This document shows positions 24,647 to 37,445 of a DNA stretch of 64,000 bases, in pieces. Each line of letters opens with the position of its first letter. Within the stretch, counting starts at the first letter, position 1. The stretch comes from Macrostomum lignano. Its lineage: Eukaryota. The notes below the pieces were generated by a model that saw only the letters and a program-made list of their open reading frames with translations, made no database searches and was not told the DNA's origin. The stretch covers positions 62,001 through 126,000 of the forward strand of contig NIVC01000497.1 in assembly GCA_002269645.1 (NCBI GenBank), given 5' to 3'. Made by a program: the position numbers and the translations under genes.

Positions 24647-24878
24647 AAATTATGGCGGATAGATAGGCCTGTTTTTAATCATTTAACTGGTTTATTTCAA
24701 CAATAGCGTTCTTAGAATTATTTTTCATCCACTCACTATCAGAATAGAAATTTTGAAACTGACAAATTATGGCGGATAGAGAGGCCTGTTTTTAATCAGT
24801 TAACTGGTTTATTTCAACAATAGCGTTCTTAGAACTCTTTTTTATCTACTCACTATTAGAACAGAAGTTTTGAAACAG
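24647..24878. repeat. Diverged direct tandem duplication (2 x about 117 bp)
   Basis: AAATTATGGCGGATAGA...TTTTGAAAC starts at 24647 and again at 24764. Confidence 0.9.
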
Positions 24879-25300
24879 TGAAAAATCTTTTACTCTCGAA
24901 TAAAAACAGTTTTAAAGTTGTTTTCGCCATAAATCCAAAATTTTGGCATTAGCTATCACACTTTCGCACAATGCTGATATTCGCGCCAATTTTTTTCTTT
25001 CAAAATTTGTGTTTAGTAATGACTTGTTGACTTTACACACGCACTGGAATGATGTAACTTTGCCCGCTAATGCATGATATATATATGGTTTTGAATGTGC
25101 GAAATTGGCAATTTTTGTTATTTTGACATCATGATTCAAACCGTATTCATTGCTCAAGATAAGTAACGACTCCCTGCAAGTATCGAGTACCTTTTATCAT
25201 TATAATGATTATTATAACTTTAAGAATATGATTTTACAGTACAAATTCCTGTTTGATTTGAAACGTATGAATTGGAAAGTTTAGGGGAATGGCATAGAAT

Positions 25301-25665
25301 ATGAAATGCTGCTGCTTATCGATTTGTCGCTAGAGCAGTTTGTACGCGACCTTTTGTAACACCTCTCGTATTTCATAGCTTGCTAACTGGAAAAAGAATA
25401 TATACACAGCTGGAGCTTCTGGAAAAAATGGATCTCTGCAATTCCCCGAAAGTGGACAGCAGCAGAGTTGCAGAAGTTGCGCTGCGATCCAAAGCACAAA
25501 CTACCGGATCTGCTCGCTGCATTTTTCGGAAAGGTTCTTTGTAACAAACTCTCAGTACTCCAACTCCATCCGTAAGCGCTCCGCATTTGCATATGCAGTT
25601 GGACAAGCAAAGAAGCTGAAAATCGACGGTGGTTGACTTCTGATGCCGTACCCAGCATCTTTCCA
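25301..25665 (+). pseudogene. Decayed THAP zinc-binding domain (P-element/THAP transposon relic)
   Basis: Across frameshifts and stops: MKCCCLSIC, EKWISAIPRKW, RICSLHF and LTSDAVPSIFP. These match the C2CH and AVP motifs of THAP domains. Confidence 0.7.
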
Positions 25666-26592
25666 AACGCGCCATCCTACTTCATCGAAACTGTTCCTGA
25701 GAAGCGACCTACCACAATGACATCTGCTCAGACTCGGCGAGAGAGTGCCATGCGTCGCTGCGAGGATGAGGCAGAAACATTTTGAAGTCAAAACTATCTG
25801 AGAAATGAGCTATAGCTCTGATGTATACTCGTAGTAGACTGTTTTTGTTTTTTAGAGTCATACAAAGTGCTATTTTTATACAGCTTGACCCAGCAATTTC
25901 TGCTCTGTAGGTAAGCTAATTTCACTCTCTTTTGCTTAATTATCACCTAAAGGTAACCATTTCATTTTTATTTCATATGTTTGCATGGCCTGAAGGGTCG
26001 TAAAGTATTTTTTCGCACTAACAAAACGGAAGTTTTTTGAATAATACAACTTAACCTTGGAGACCTAAAGTTCTGAGTGTTTTGCGTTGAATAGTGCAAA
26101 CCGCATCTTTCTATGACTTTTAGTTAAAAAGTTATCAATCATAGAAATGAAAAAAACGTTGCATTTTCCTATTCATTCACTGCTTTTCTATTGGGTTTTT
26201 ACCCCTAAACTTGTATGCTGCCTAAACTAGTGTCCCTTCCTGGGGAGCGCAGCGACCATAGAGGCTTCCCTAGCTGTGCCCTCGTGTACACATCCACCGA
26301 TGAGAAATCTCTAGCACTCTAACCCCTTCCCTCATTGGCGATCAGTGACACGTTGAGTCGATCGATTTATAGTTGTTGGGGTTGGTACCCTGATGATTAG
26401 CGGATTAGGATATTAATTGGTCAATTTATCCATTTAAATATGCGCAGTGGGCGACTCAGACGCGCGCGCCTTTTTTTAAAAGCGATCTGACCAAACTCAG
26501 AACTTACGACAGTGTAATCGATTCTGTAACCTCGTGCCTGTTATGAGGTGCATGGCGTGAAATGTACTCGTACTTGAAAATTCCTGTACTCA

Positions 26593-27151
26593 GGCGCCGA
26601 AGCTGCTACAAAAGGTGGCGCCGAAGCTGCTACAAAGGTGGTGCCGAAGCTGCTACAAAGGTGGTGCCGAAGCTGCTACAAAGATGGTGCCGAAGCTGCT
26701 ACAAAGATGGTGCCGAAGCTGCTACAAAGGTGGTGCCGAAGCTGCTACAAAGGTGGTGCCGAAGCTGCTACAAAGATGGTGCCGAAGCTGCTACAAAGGT
26801 GGTGCCGAAGCTGCTACAAAGATGGTGCCGAAGCTGCTACAAAGGTGGTGCCGAAGCTGCTACAAAGGTGGTGCCGAAGCTGCTACAAAGATGGTGCCGA
26901 AGCTGCTACAAAGGTGGTGCCGAAGCTGCTACAAAGATGGTGCCGAAGCTGCTACAAAGGTGGTGCCGAAGCTGCTACAAAGATGGTGCCGAAGCTGCTA
27001 CAAAGGTGGTGCCGAAGCTGCTACAAAGGTGGTGCCGAAGCTGCTACAAAGATGGTGCCGAAGCTGCTACAAAGGTGGTGCCGAAGCTGCTACAAAGGTG
27101 GTGCCGAAGCTGCTACAAAGATGGCGCCGAAACTGCTACAAAGGTGGCGCC
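26593..27151. repeat. 23-bp minisatellite (GCCGAAGCTGCTACAAAG(G/A)TGGT)n
   Basis: About 24 units. Confidence 0.97.
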
Positions 27152-27734
27152 CATGCAGAAATTGAGAAGATAGAAGGTCAAGAAATACGAGTATATAAGT
27201 TGTCAAGACCGGATAAAGTGACAGTGCTGTGTTGCCAGTGAATCACGATCTCATGCATTAGCAATAAGTTATACACAAGCTAACTCAAAGATTTCAATAG
27301 AAATTAAACGCTTCTATCCTCTCTCAATTACCGGCACTCATGAGCAGTGTGAAACAAACAATACAAAAGTCCAAGGGCAAGGCTCCTTGCGGAATCCTAT
27401 ATTGAGAGACCGAGTAGAAAATTAAGCCAGGGCTAATGACTCACACTCGCACTGACTTCAAAAGCCAATTCACAATCAGCTGTAGCTGCTGTGAAAGTGA
27501 CATTCGCAACTGCCAGCTGGTTGGCTCAGTAGCTAAACAAACCTCCAGAGCTCGGCAAATACCAGCATTTTCAACCGGATGGTGGAGCCAACACTACCGG
27601 CCTGGTTCTTTCAGAGTTAATGCATCGACAGAGAGACAATGCCTACAGGCATATATGCCTATATGTATGATGGAGAAGGCATATGTCATATTCCTTCCTC
27701 GGATCCAACTCACTTCATTAGAATGTCTGTGCCT

Positions 27735-28126
27735 TCATCACACCTCTTCTCCCTGCATCTCTCTTCTCTATCTCCATCTTCCTGCCTCTCCTTCCATCTC
27801 CATGTCTCTTCTTCCATCTCACTGTCTCTTCTTCCATCTCACTATCTCCCCCTCCATCTCCCTGTCTCCCTCCATCTCACTGTCTCTCCCTACATCTCAC
27901 TATCTCCCCCCCCATCTTCCTGTCTCTCCCTACATCTCTCTGTTTCTCCCTCAATCTGTCTGTTTCTTCCTCCATCTCACTGTCTCTAACTCCATCTCAC
28001 TGTCTCTCCCTCCATCTCACTGTCTCTCCCTCCATCTCATTGTCTCTCCCTCCATCTCACTGTCTCTCCCTCCATGTCGCTGTCTCTCCCTCCATCTCCC
28101 TGTCTCGCCCTCCATCTCCCTGTCTC
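27735..28126. repeat. CT-rich 20-bp degenerate repeat (TCCATCTCACTGTCTCTCCC)n
   Basis: Direct reading. Confidence 0.9.
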
Positions 28127-28142
28127 TGAAACAAGAGAAACA

Positions 28143-28450
28143 AGCCTGATGCTGTCTGTTACAGCCTGATGCTGTCTGTTATAGCCTGATGCTGTCTGTT
28201 ACAGCCTGATGCTGTCTGTTACAGCCTGATGCTGTCTGTTACAGCCTGATGCTGTCTGTTACAGCCTGATGCTGCAGCCTGATGCTGTCTGTTACAGCCT
28301 GATGCTGTCTGTTACAGCCTGATGCTGTCTGTTATAGCCTGATGCTGTCTGTTACAGCCTGATGCTGTCTGTTACAGCCTGATGCTGTCTGTTACAGCCT
28401 GATGCTGTCTGTTACAGCCTGATGCTGCAGCCTGATGCTGTCTGTTACAG
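28143..28450. repeat. 20-bp minisatellite (AGCCTGATGCTGTCTGTTAC)n
   Basis: About 15 units, two of them truncated. Confidence 0.96.
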
Positions 28451-29443
28451 ATAGCTGCTGTCAGCTACTGCCTGCATGCTTCCTGGTGCTATCTATTTAT
28501 CTATTCTGGCTTCGATAGTTATCTGCTTCCTGCGCCTTCAGCTTTTTTGCTGCAGTCTGCTGCCATGGTACTGTCTGCTGATGTCTGCTTCCTGCTGTTG
28601 GGCACACTAGATAGAAATCAAAGATCTAAAAGAATAGTTAGTTTTAAAATATTTTTCATGCCATCATGTGATTACCTCATAAATTCATTTGTTGAAAGTG
28701 GTACAACGTGCAGCAGCGCTCAACATATATTACGAGTACAAATTTGCAGTTGTGCACACACAGCAGAAGCGCAGAACTGTAGCTGTTGTAATTGGATATT
28801 TCTATGCGCAATTTGCTTGCTTTAAAGTTGAAAGACTCCTAGTAAAAAACCATTCAAATTTCATTGGTTGAAATAATGAAAGTAAAATAAGCAGTTATGT
28901 AGTAAAAAAACAAAAACAGTTTCAATCAGCTTACTATGAATAATTTTATTATTTTAATGGAAGAAATGAAGTTACGAATTCATTTTTTATGTTCTTTCTC
29001 CCCGGGGTCCCAATCCAATTCCCTGGGACGTGGGGAGCATTCCCCGACAAGCTCACCGGGGTCAACATTCCTATAGCTACTGGGTGGGATTAGGTAGATT
29101 GGGTCGTCCGCCTTTTCACCCAGAGAAAATGGGTCACAGCCATAGTGTACAGTCACAGATGAGTCGAGCTTCTGCCTTCTACTACTGTATTACTTGGGTT
29201 TTTTAGTATATGGACATACGGCACGGTAGGGGGAGGTGGTGCGAGGTGGCGTGACCGGCGTACGCATTGATTATTGATTGGAGGGGTGGGGCAGACTGGA
29301 AGGGTTGGGGCGGGGCAGGAGGGCGAAAAAAAACACGATTGCACAACACTTGCTGCCTGTCAGCTGATTGACGACCGACCAGACGGCACGCGGTTTCTTG
29401 TCGGAGCCGGCGGCTGTGATAGCGGTGGGGGCGCTTCATAAAA

Positions 29444-29907
29444 CCTAAATTTCACAACGCCTAAAGCACATGACTTCACATCACCTAAATTTCATAACGC
29501 CTAAATTTCACAACTCCTAAAATCTAAATGCAGCCTCCTTCACAACGTCTAAATTTCACATCGCCTAAATTTCACAAGGCCTAAAATTTCTGCACGCTCC
29601 TTCACATCGCCTAAATTTCATATCGCCTAAATTTCATAACGCCTAAAACCGAAAATGCATCCTACTTCATATCGCCTAAATTTCATATCGCCTAAATTTC
29701 ACAACGCCTAAAAATCTACATGCTCTTTCATATCGCCTAAACTTCAATCGCCTAAATTTCACAACACCTAAAACTGAATGTGAAGGAGAGAAGCAAAGAT
29801 TTTAGGCGTTGTGAAATTTAGGCGATGTGAAGGATGCTGCATTTTCGGTTTTAGGCGTTGTGAAATTTAGGCGATATGAAATTTAGGCGTTGTGAAGGAG
29901 GCTGCAT
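29444..29907. repeat. Array of about 15-bp CGCCTAAATTTCAC repeats with an inverted block (foldback)
   Basis: Forward units run 29444-29773. Reverse-complement units (TTTAGGCGTTGTGAAA) run 29800-29907 and mirror 29527-29720, including the AAACCGAAAATGCA spacer. Confidence 0.88.
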
Positions 29908-30069
29908 ATATATAGCGGCAGACTTGAGTTGAGGAATGAAGTGGTGTGCGAAGGTTGGACGGACTAAAGCTACCCCAATCAGTTTTCTCGTATCTTTTAT
30001 TTTCAGAATAGTCGATGAGAAACTGCTCACTGGCGCATAGAGTGGCGACTTTTCAATGTTGCTGAGTAT

Positions 30070-30700
30070 ATGTTCAGCCACCTACTGACTGGAGGAAAGG
30101 CTTTGACTTTTAGCCAGCTTGTGAAACTCATGTCGAGAATCAATAATTTTACAAAGATTCCTGCAAGGCCGTCGTCGTCTGAGACCAAGGTCGCCAGTCT
30201 GCTGGATGCGGTCCAAGACCTCTTGGAGGAAGCAGAAGGGCTGACGGACAATCGGACTGTGAGCTTTGCCCTAGCTGAAGCTGCAGAGCAGGAATTCATC
30301 AGGCACCAGGACTCCAAGGATCTCTTTGTGTTCTCCTACTTGATATAATCCATCAGGATACAAGACCGTGCTTGAGCAGGACGTCATCTGCCTCCCATCA
30401 TATTTGATCGCACGCCGAGGTTCATAATTGCAAGAGTTGGATCTTCAAGTGGCGCGCCTTGACAGCCAAGACTACCATGCGCCGAGAGTTTCAAAGCTGT
30501 CATAGATGAAGAAGGTCGTGACCCTGGTCATTGAAGAGATCTACATCGCAAGTGAGATTGAATTGGTGCCATCATCATTCACGGATGAGGCATCAGACAA
30601 ACCAGCTGTCTTCCTGCTATTCGATCCGAGCACAACTTTAAAAACGTCGAAAACTTTCACAGCCGAGGAGTCTTCCATCTCCCTCCTTCTCCGGCTCTTG
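30070..30700 (+). pseudogene. P-element/THAP9-like transposase fragment, decayed
   Basis: Frameshifted motifs FVFSYLI, GYKTVLEQDVICLPS and KKVVTLVIEEIYIASEIE resemble the YxxLR-x-LPS and VxLxxDE regions of P-type transposases. Recalled similarity only. Confidence 0.45.
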
Positions 30701-32349
30701 TAATTGTAATTATTTTTAAACAAATTTGTTCAGAGCCTGGCTCTAAATCAATACATGTATTTTGCTCTATTATAGCAGCAATGTCCAAAAAATCATAGTT
30801 TTTTTGTATGCTGTTGGTGTTCAATACTCTCGAGTCTCCATCTCGAAACAGCTCTCTGAGAGATAAAATTCCCCTTGTTCCACCAGTGAACGAGCCGAGC
30901 CGAGCGGCGTCGGGCGAGAGCGAGAGAACCCGAGGCCCCGCCAGGGGCCGAGGGCGAGTAAATAATTTCTACCCATGGCGGCCGAAGGCCGACATGGGCT
31001 AGAAAGTATTTACGAGTAAATAAGTTAGACTCCCATGCATTTTGAAATTTCACGTTTTTTCGCTAAAAAATGCTCCTGTTTTGCAACCATTGCATCGATT
31101 AAGTTGAGTGAGGTGTCGATCGATAGAAAACTTTTAAATCTATCGAATGAATATACTTTTAAGTGCAGAGATTTTATTACTAAGCCGTAAAATAACTCGA
31201 GAGACGATTTTTTCAAAAGTGCTTCTGGGAGATCTCAAAATTCTGGTACACCTTACGAGATACGGCTTCGACATCTGAGGATCAAAGTTGTAAAACTAAA
31301 TTTCCTACAAAATGGTATATGGCGCTTTGATTTATTTCGCCATCTTTATGCAGTTTTGGTGGGTTTTTTGGGTAAAAAAGTCACCCTCATTTTATTATTT
31401 TGCCACTTTTTCCTACAAAGGTTTTTTAGTTTGGGCTTCAAAGCAGTGCAGTTGGATGCGCAATGCAAAAATCTACAAGTGTCTAAAGTTTTGTTTTTTT
31501 TACAATTCTGCAGTGCTGAGAAAATCGACAAAAATCGATTTTTCAAAAAATCACATGACTTTCGCATTATTGCTCATTATAATTTTGAGAACATGGTGCG
31601 AATAAGCCGATTTCGAATTTCTATAGCATAGTTGCTGTACTATATTGGTTTAAATTGCCGCCGTCTGATTTCGCTGCTTTCGGGTTGAAAAATCGATCAG
31701 AAATCGATAATTTGTGATTTTTGGCTGATTGGGTGCCAGAAAAATGGGTGATTAAATTTTTAAAAGAATGGTAGATCAAATGCGGATACTGCAACGAGTT
31801 GTACTAATGTCTGGCTAAAATTGACCAAGTTTTTGAGTGTCTGCACCAAATGCTCATGTGTCAAAAGTGATTGGAAATCGATCAGAGTAGTGATTTCTTT
31901 ATATTTTGCTTGAAATCAGGCAAAAAACGCAATAGGACGGCATTATTTTTATGACGGCTGATTTCCCACAAAACGACGCATATTTGTGTGCAATTTCTAG
32001 AGATTCGGTTCATTGGGTAAAAAATTATCGATAAAAAACTGAAAACTTGACTTTTTACTTTTATGTTAGTTCCGGGGCTATTTAAACTGGAAATGGTAGG
32101 AATTTTGCAATGAAACTAATGCACAGTGTTCCATATAGTTAATTTAACAAATTTCTTAAATTTCATAACCATTCGATGTTTTTTTCATGTAAAAAATGCC
32201 TTTTTTGCATCGAAATTCATCACATTAAGCTGCATACCGCTTTGCATAATTTGCATTTGCATGCGATTGCTTGCATTGCATGGCTTTGGCGTTGGGCTGA
32301 GTTAGGCTGGTTAGAAAGGAAAGGAAGGAAGGAATAATCGTACATACAA

Positions 32350-32617
32350 TGTACACTCCCGTCCCTTTTAACTGGGGTTGTGGCGTGTGGGCTTGGACCA
32401 TAGATAAATAGATTATCTATGGCTTGGACCGGAGAGGCGTCAATAGAGCTTCATTTGCTTCGCGCACAGACCAAGGAAAATTAGATCGATAAACGGGCGT
32501 CACGTGATTAGAATTTCGTATTAAATTTAGCTCTTTAACTGCACGTTTGAATTGCAAGCCCAGTACAAAGTTTGGCGGGGGGAAGCTCCAAGTCACTACG
32601 TGTACAATCCTCCCCCT
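32350..32617 (-). mobile_element. LTR (TGTACAC...GTGTACA, 257 bp) with adjacent polypurine tract; 3' end of a minus-strand LTR retrotransposon relic
   Basis: 7-bp inverted termini at 32350 and 32606. The minus strand reads AGGGGGAGGAT immediately before TGTACAC, i.e. a PPT-LTR junction. Confidence 0.6.
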
Positions 32618-33206
32618 GACTAAAAGGTCAAGCGATACGGCTTCTGAAGTAGCTATGCTATGTACAGTGTTTTGGAAAGACTATTTATAGCTTTCTTTGC
32701 AACTCCGTTAATGGAGAAGAGGCTTAGGGTATCTTATTATTCTTAAGTGTACTATCTGATTGAGAGTACGAGGTTTATGTTCCACAAAACTGGCCTGACT
32801 TTCCATTTCCAAGCACTTAAGCTGATGCTAAGAGGATCATGCGCCGAAACAACCAGCTTAATGAGGTGGTATAACCCTGCTACGCTCTGGATACTTTAGT
32901 TTAGAGTCATTAGACAATTTTTTTAGATCGAGGCCTTCGAGAAGTTCGAGGGCCTATTATAGAAGATTCGATTCCAGCTCATGGCTGCGGGTCAGATCAG
33001 ATGAGAGAAAATGAAAGAGAATAGAGAGAGAAGAGATAAGACTAAGAGGAGATAAGAGATAAGACGAGAGCTAGAAGCGAGAGGAGAGGGGGAGACTAGA
33101 GAGAGAGATTAGAGAGGAGGGAAACAGAACAGACAGGAGAGAAAATGGGAGAAGTAGAGATTTACATTTTTCTTGAGCTTCTCAAAGTTCTTTTTCATCG
33201 GTACAA

Positions 33207-33309
33207 AACTAGGTTTATCAAGTAGTATGAAGACCCACGTCTAAAAAGAAGCCCGTTCACTGGTGGCAAAAAGACGTGTGCGTCTTCATACTACTTGATA
33301 AACCTAGTT
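33207..33309. repeat. 103-bp hairpin / mini-MITE with a 28-bp perfect stem
   Basis: AACTAGGTTTATCAAGTAGTATGAAGAC pairs with GTCTTCATACTACTTGATAAACCTAGTT. Confidence 0.88.
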
Positions 33310-34661
33310 AAGTTAGTTACTCACACAACACAATAGCTTGGAATGGCTGCAACACTTAGGTAAATGCGTGTGGAACTTCCCGTCCAGTGATGCTATTTTT
33401 AGGAGTCCCTGAGTGTGGCCAGCGGTCAGCGGAATATCGATTGACCCCAGAACCCCCCCTCACAGCCAGGGTTTGGAATTGGACAGGAATTGGGGTGGTG
33501 GGGCTGGGGTTGAGGTTTGAGGGTGGGCCTGTGGGCCCCACAGCCTTTTCAACCTCATATTAGGGGCCCCGCTGCATAGAGTCGTCACAAAGGTCCTAAG
33601 GCGCCCCGCCATGGCTGAATACTTCTGTACTTCCTTCTTTACTGGATGAATCTTCGGTAAGTAAAATTTCCCACTTTATTTTTAAAAGGATTCAGGTAAA
33701 CTTCCGAGTTTAATTTGAATCGAACGTACTGTACCATTTGGCATTTAGTATCTTCTCACTGATTCATTCAATTTAGAAGAAATGACCTCGTTTCGCATAT
33801 CATAAGCAGGAATGGATTGCAATTTTTTTAAATATATCATAGATTCATAGACTCATAGTTAAGGAACTTAGTGAGGGACGAGGATCACGTGACTAGGGAA
33901 CAGAACACAATCCCAAGATTTCGATTAGGCCTGCTAAATCCCAGGATTAGAAGTGTTTGGGATTCGAAAATATTGAAATTGGCAATCAGAATCGTTGCCA
34001 CGGAAAATTCTGCTGCACATAAAAGTACAAGATGTAACTTGGTGCACAATCATGGCACACACAAGGGATCCACAATGATCTTCGTACCTCTAGAAATTTG
34101 TCCGACTTGGAATATTCTAACCATTATTAGTCTGACCTTTTTGGCCACTTTATGTAGCCATTTATTGGCCAATTTTAAGTGGCTGATCAATACAAAACAC
34201 TTTTGGCCCCTTATTAGCCATTTATAACTAGCCAACACTTGACCATTTTTTGGCCACATTTAGTAATAGTCAGTCTTAAAAAATTCTACTATTTACCATC
34301 TAATAGAAAATCTTAATTTGCCCCAATTGTTAGGTAATATCTACCTAGTAGCTATTTGGTATCAACAAGGCATATGTTGTAGGGCTACTTTAAATTCCTA
34401 GGATAAAACATCATCAGCCAGACAAGAAAGTTATGTTTTATAAAATAAAACAATCTATAAATTATATTTTGCAGATATAGCAGCCAAAGAAAAACAAAGT
34501 TGTAGAAAACTTTCTCAGCTTTAAGAAAAGTGTTGACTCAAGTATTTTGGTTTAGAAAAAAATTATTGCCATTTTTCATCCAAAACCAGACAATGATGTA
34601 AGTATATCTTCAAACTGGATAGTGCATTTGATGTCTAGTTTTAAAGTTTTAAATTGTACTA

Positions 34662-35892
34662 TACCATTTTATCTCCTATTTTGAACAAAGTCTTGTTCAA
34701 AAGAAACAAGCCAAACTTCAATTCAAACACTTTAAGAAATATCAGTGCTTGCGGAACTTCAATTTAAACAAAGCCCCTTTCTATTGAAACAGAAGAAATT
34801 CAATTCAGACTGTCTGTGGCCAAAATTGTCCTCGAATGACGTGCATGTACAGATTTGAAATTCAAAAGAAACAAAGTCACATTCTATTTTGACAGAGATT
34901 TTTGCCAATACATTCATATATGAATACATTTTCAGTACATTAATCTAATTTTTTGTTTGTCCTATACTGCATAACTATACAATCATTGTGCAATAAGAAA
35001 TGATATGAATGCTGAAGATCAGATTGAATAAGATGATGAATTGCTGGAAGAAGGTGGAATCAGTGAATTTGAAGCAGAATTCGATGAAGATATCATGGAA
35101 CAGCAGCTTTGGCAATACACAATTGTAAGCAACAGTGATAGAGACTATAACATTAGGGCTGCTGATTGTGAAGATCACTTTGTGGAACTGGCGCGCCAAC
35201 TTGCAGTCAAGAGATCAATAGCATACACAATTGTGAGGTCAGGGAGAGCAGAAAAGCAGCCTAAAAGATTCTGGACACCATTCAGGTCAAGCGGCTTCCA
35301 CCATACAGTCCATTTTTAAGTCCTGTGGAGAACTCAATCTCCTGTTGGATAGCCACTCTGAAGAGAGAACTGATAGCAGACCAGCAAAATTTCATTGCTC
35401 CGACAGCTGAGCAGCACGGGAATCAGTCAATGGCGGCCTATCAGCAAGACATTCTGTACAGCATGGTGGACAGAACCATTGGCTGCATCTCTGTGGACAA
35501 GTGCACTGAGTGGTTCAACCATGTGTTTACATATGTCCCTCGCTGCCTTGGTGGACAGGCAATTGATGGTTAGGTGTCTCAAGTTGGCCAACTGACACTG
35601 TCTTGTTCCTGTTTTTCATTTTACTCTTATGTTTGTCAATATGTTGTGTTTTATCCCTTTGTCGAAATAGAATGTGACTTTGTTTCTTTTGAATTTCAAA
35701 TCTGCACATGCGCATCATTCGGGGACAATTTTGGCCATAGACAGTCTGAATTAAAGTTCTTCTGTTTTAATAGAAAGGGATATTTTTTGAATTGAAGTTC
35801 CGCAAGTGCTGATATTTCTTTAAGTGTTTGAATTGAAGTTCAGCTTGTTTCTTTTGAACAAGACTTTGTTCAAAATAGGAGGTAAAATGGTG
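34662..35892 (+). mobile_element. Internally deleted Tc1/IS630-family DNA transposon with about 235-bp TIRs and TA TSD
   Basis: 34662-34896 is an imperfect reverse complement of about 35658-35892. TA lies at 34660-61 and 35893-94. The interior encodes an HTH-like stretch ELARQLAVKRSIAYTIVRSG joined to PPYSPFLSPVENSISCW (PPYSPDLNPIE-like motif). Confidence 0.88.
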
Positions 35893-36682
35893 TAATACTA
35901 GTAGCTTCTATTTTGAGATATAATGCTTACAACTTATATTACTGGAAAGATAAATTACTACACTATATTTGTGTGCTGTTTCATCTAATTTGACTTAGAA
36001 GAAGAGCCTATTTTAGTTCTTCAAAGTAGGTTACCAACCCAAAATTTTGTCCAAAGTTTGTTTTTTTCTATTGCATAGGATAAACTGTGCTTTTAGCCAA
36101 ATAAGCATGCTAAATAAGGCTACAGGGAAGTAAACATTATAAATGGTACATGTACCTCTGCATTATTGGTTTTAAACAAAATTTTTGCCTTGGTTTTGTA
36201 ATGGGAGGTACAGTTAATCTATGAATCTATATCCCTCCATTGTATGTCTACTGTTTAACATGTTGCAGCATTTTTATTGTAAGTATTTTTTTGCTTATAA
36301 CTTACAAAAATGTTCTTATATAGCGTTACTTCCTAAGAGTGGCAACAAGCCCATCTGGTTTCCTTCTGTTGTTAAAAATTTCAAAAATATGACTTTCATA
36401 GTATAAAATATCGGGAAAAAAATAAAAACATTTTCTATTAGTGCGTACAACTCTATATGCTACTACTAACTGTAAAAAGTAGTCTACTTAGCATATAAAA
36501 TTTGCTGATTAATTTTAAGATATCATCACAAATAGCGAGAACGGCCCTACTTAAAATTTGTTAGCCCTAGTAAGATCAAGTGAAGTACATATGAGAGTAA
36601 ATAGTAAAACAGCATTCTTAGCGGTGCCCAGGACCCAGCCTCCCCATCCGACCTTCACCTACTGGCCACCTCACTGAGACGG

Positions 36683-37445
36683 GCGGAGAGAAGTCAGGGA
36701 GAGAAAGGAGACTGGCGGAGAGGAGACGGGCGGAGAGAAGATGGGCAGAGAGGAAATGGGCGAAGAGGAGATGGGCGGAGAGGAGACGGGCGGAGGGGAG
36801 ACGGGTGGAGAGGAGTTGGGGGAGAGGAGACAGGTGGAGAGGAACTAGGGAAAGGAGACGAGGGAGAGGAGACCGGCGGAGAGGAGACAAGGAGAGGAGA
36901 CCGACGGAGAAGAGACGGGCAGAGAGGAGACCAGCGGAGAGGAGACAGGTGGAAAGAGAGGAGACGGGTGGAGAGGAGACGGGCGGAGAGAGAGGAGGCC
37001 GACGGAGAGGAGACGGACAGAGAGGAGACGGGTGGAGAGAGAGGAGACCGGGGAAAGGAGACGGGCGGAGAGGAGTCAGGCGGAGAGGAGACGGGGGAGA
37101 GGATACCGGCGGAGAGTAGACGGGGGAGAGGAGACGGGGGAGAGGAGACGGAGGAGAGGAGACGGGGGAGAGGAGACGGGTGGAGAGAAAGGAGACCGGC
37201 GGAGAGGAGACAAGCAGAGAGGAGATGGGGGAAAGGAGACCGGCGGAGAGGAGACGGGGAAAGGAGACCGGCGAAGAGGAGACCAGCGGAGAGGAGACCG
37301 ACGGAGAGGAGACGGGCAGAGAAAGAGGAGACCGGCGGAGAGGAGATGGGTGGAGAGGAGATGGGGGAGAGGAGAGGAAATGAGATGAGTGGAGAGAAGA
37401 CGGGAAGAGACAGCAAGAGGAGACAGCGTAGAGGAGATGGGGAGA
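36683..37445. repeat. Purine-rich about 15-bp degenerate repeat (GGAGAGGAGACGGGC)n
   Basis: Direct reading. Confidence 0.93.

Noticed and set aside
26562-27241. About 200-aa Cys-rich repetitive ORFs in all three frames
   Set aside because: A stop-free 23-bp tandem unit opens every frame; there is no unique coding flank.
30780-32340. AT-rich segment resembling a non-coding DNA transposon interior
   Set aside because: No TIR, TSD or coding motif could be identified.
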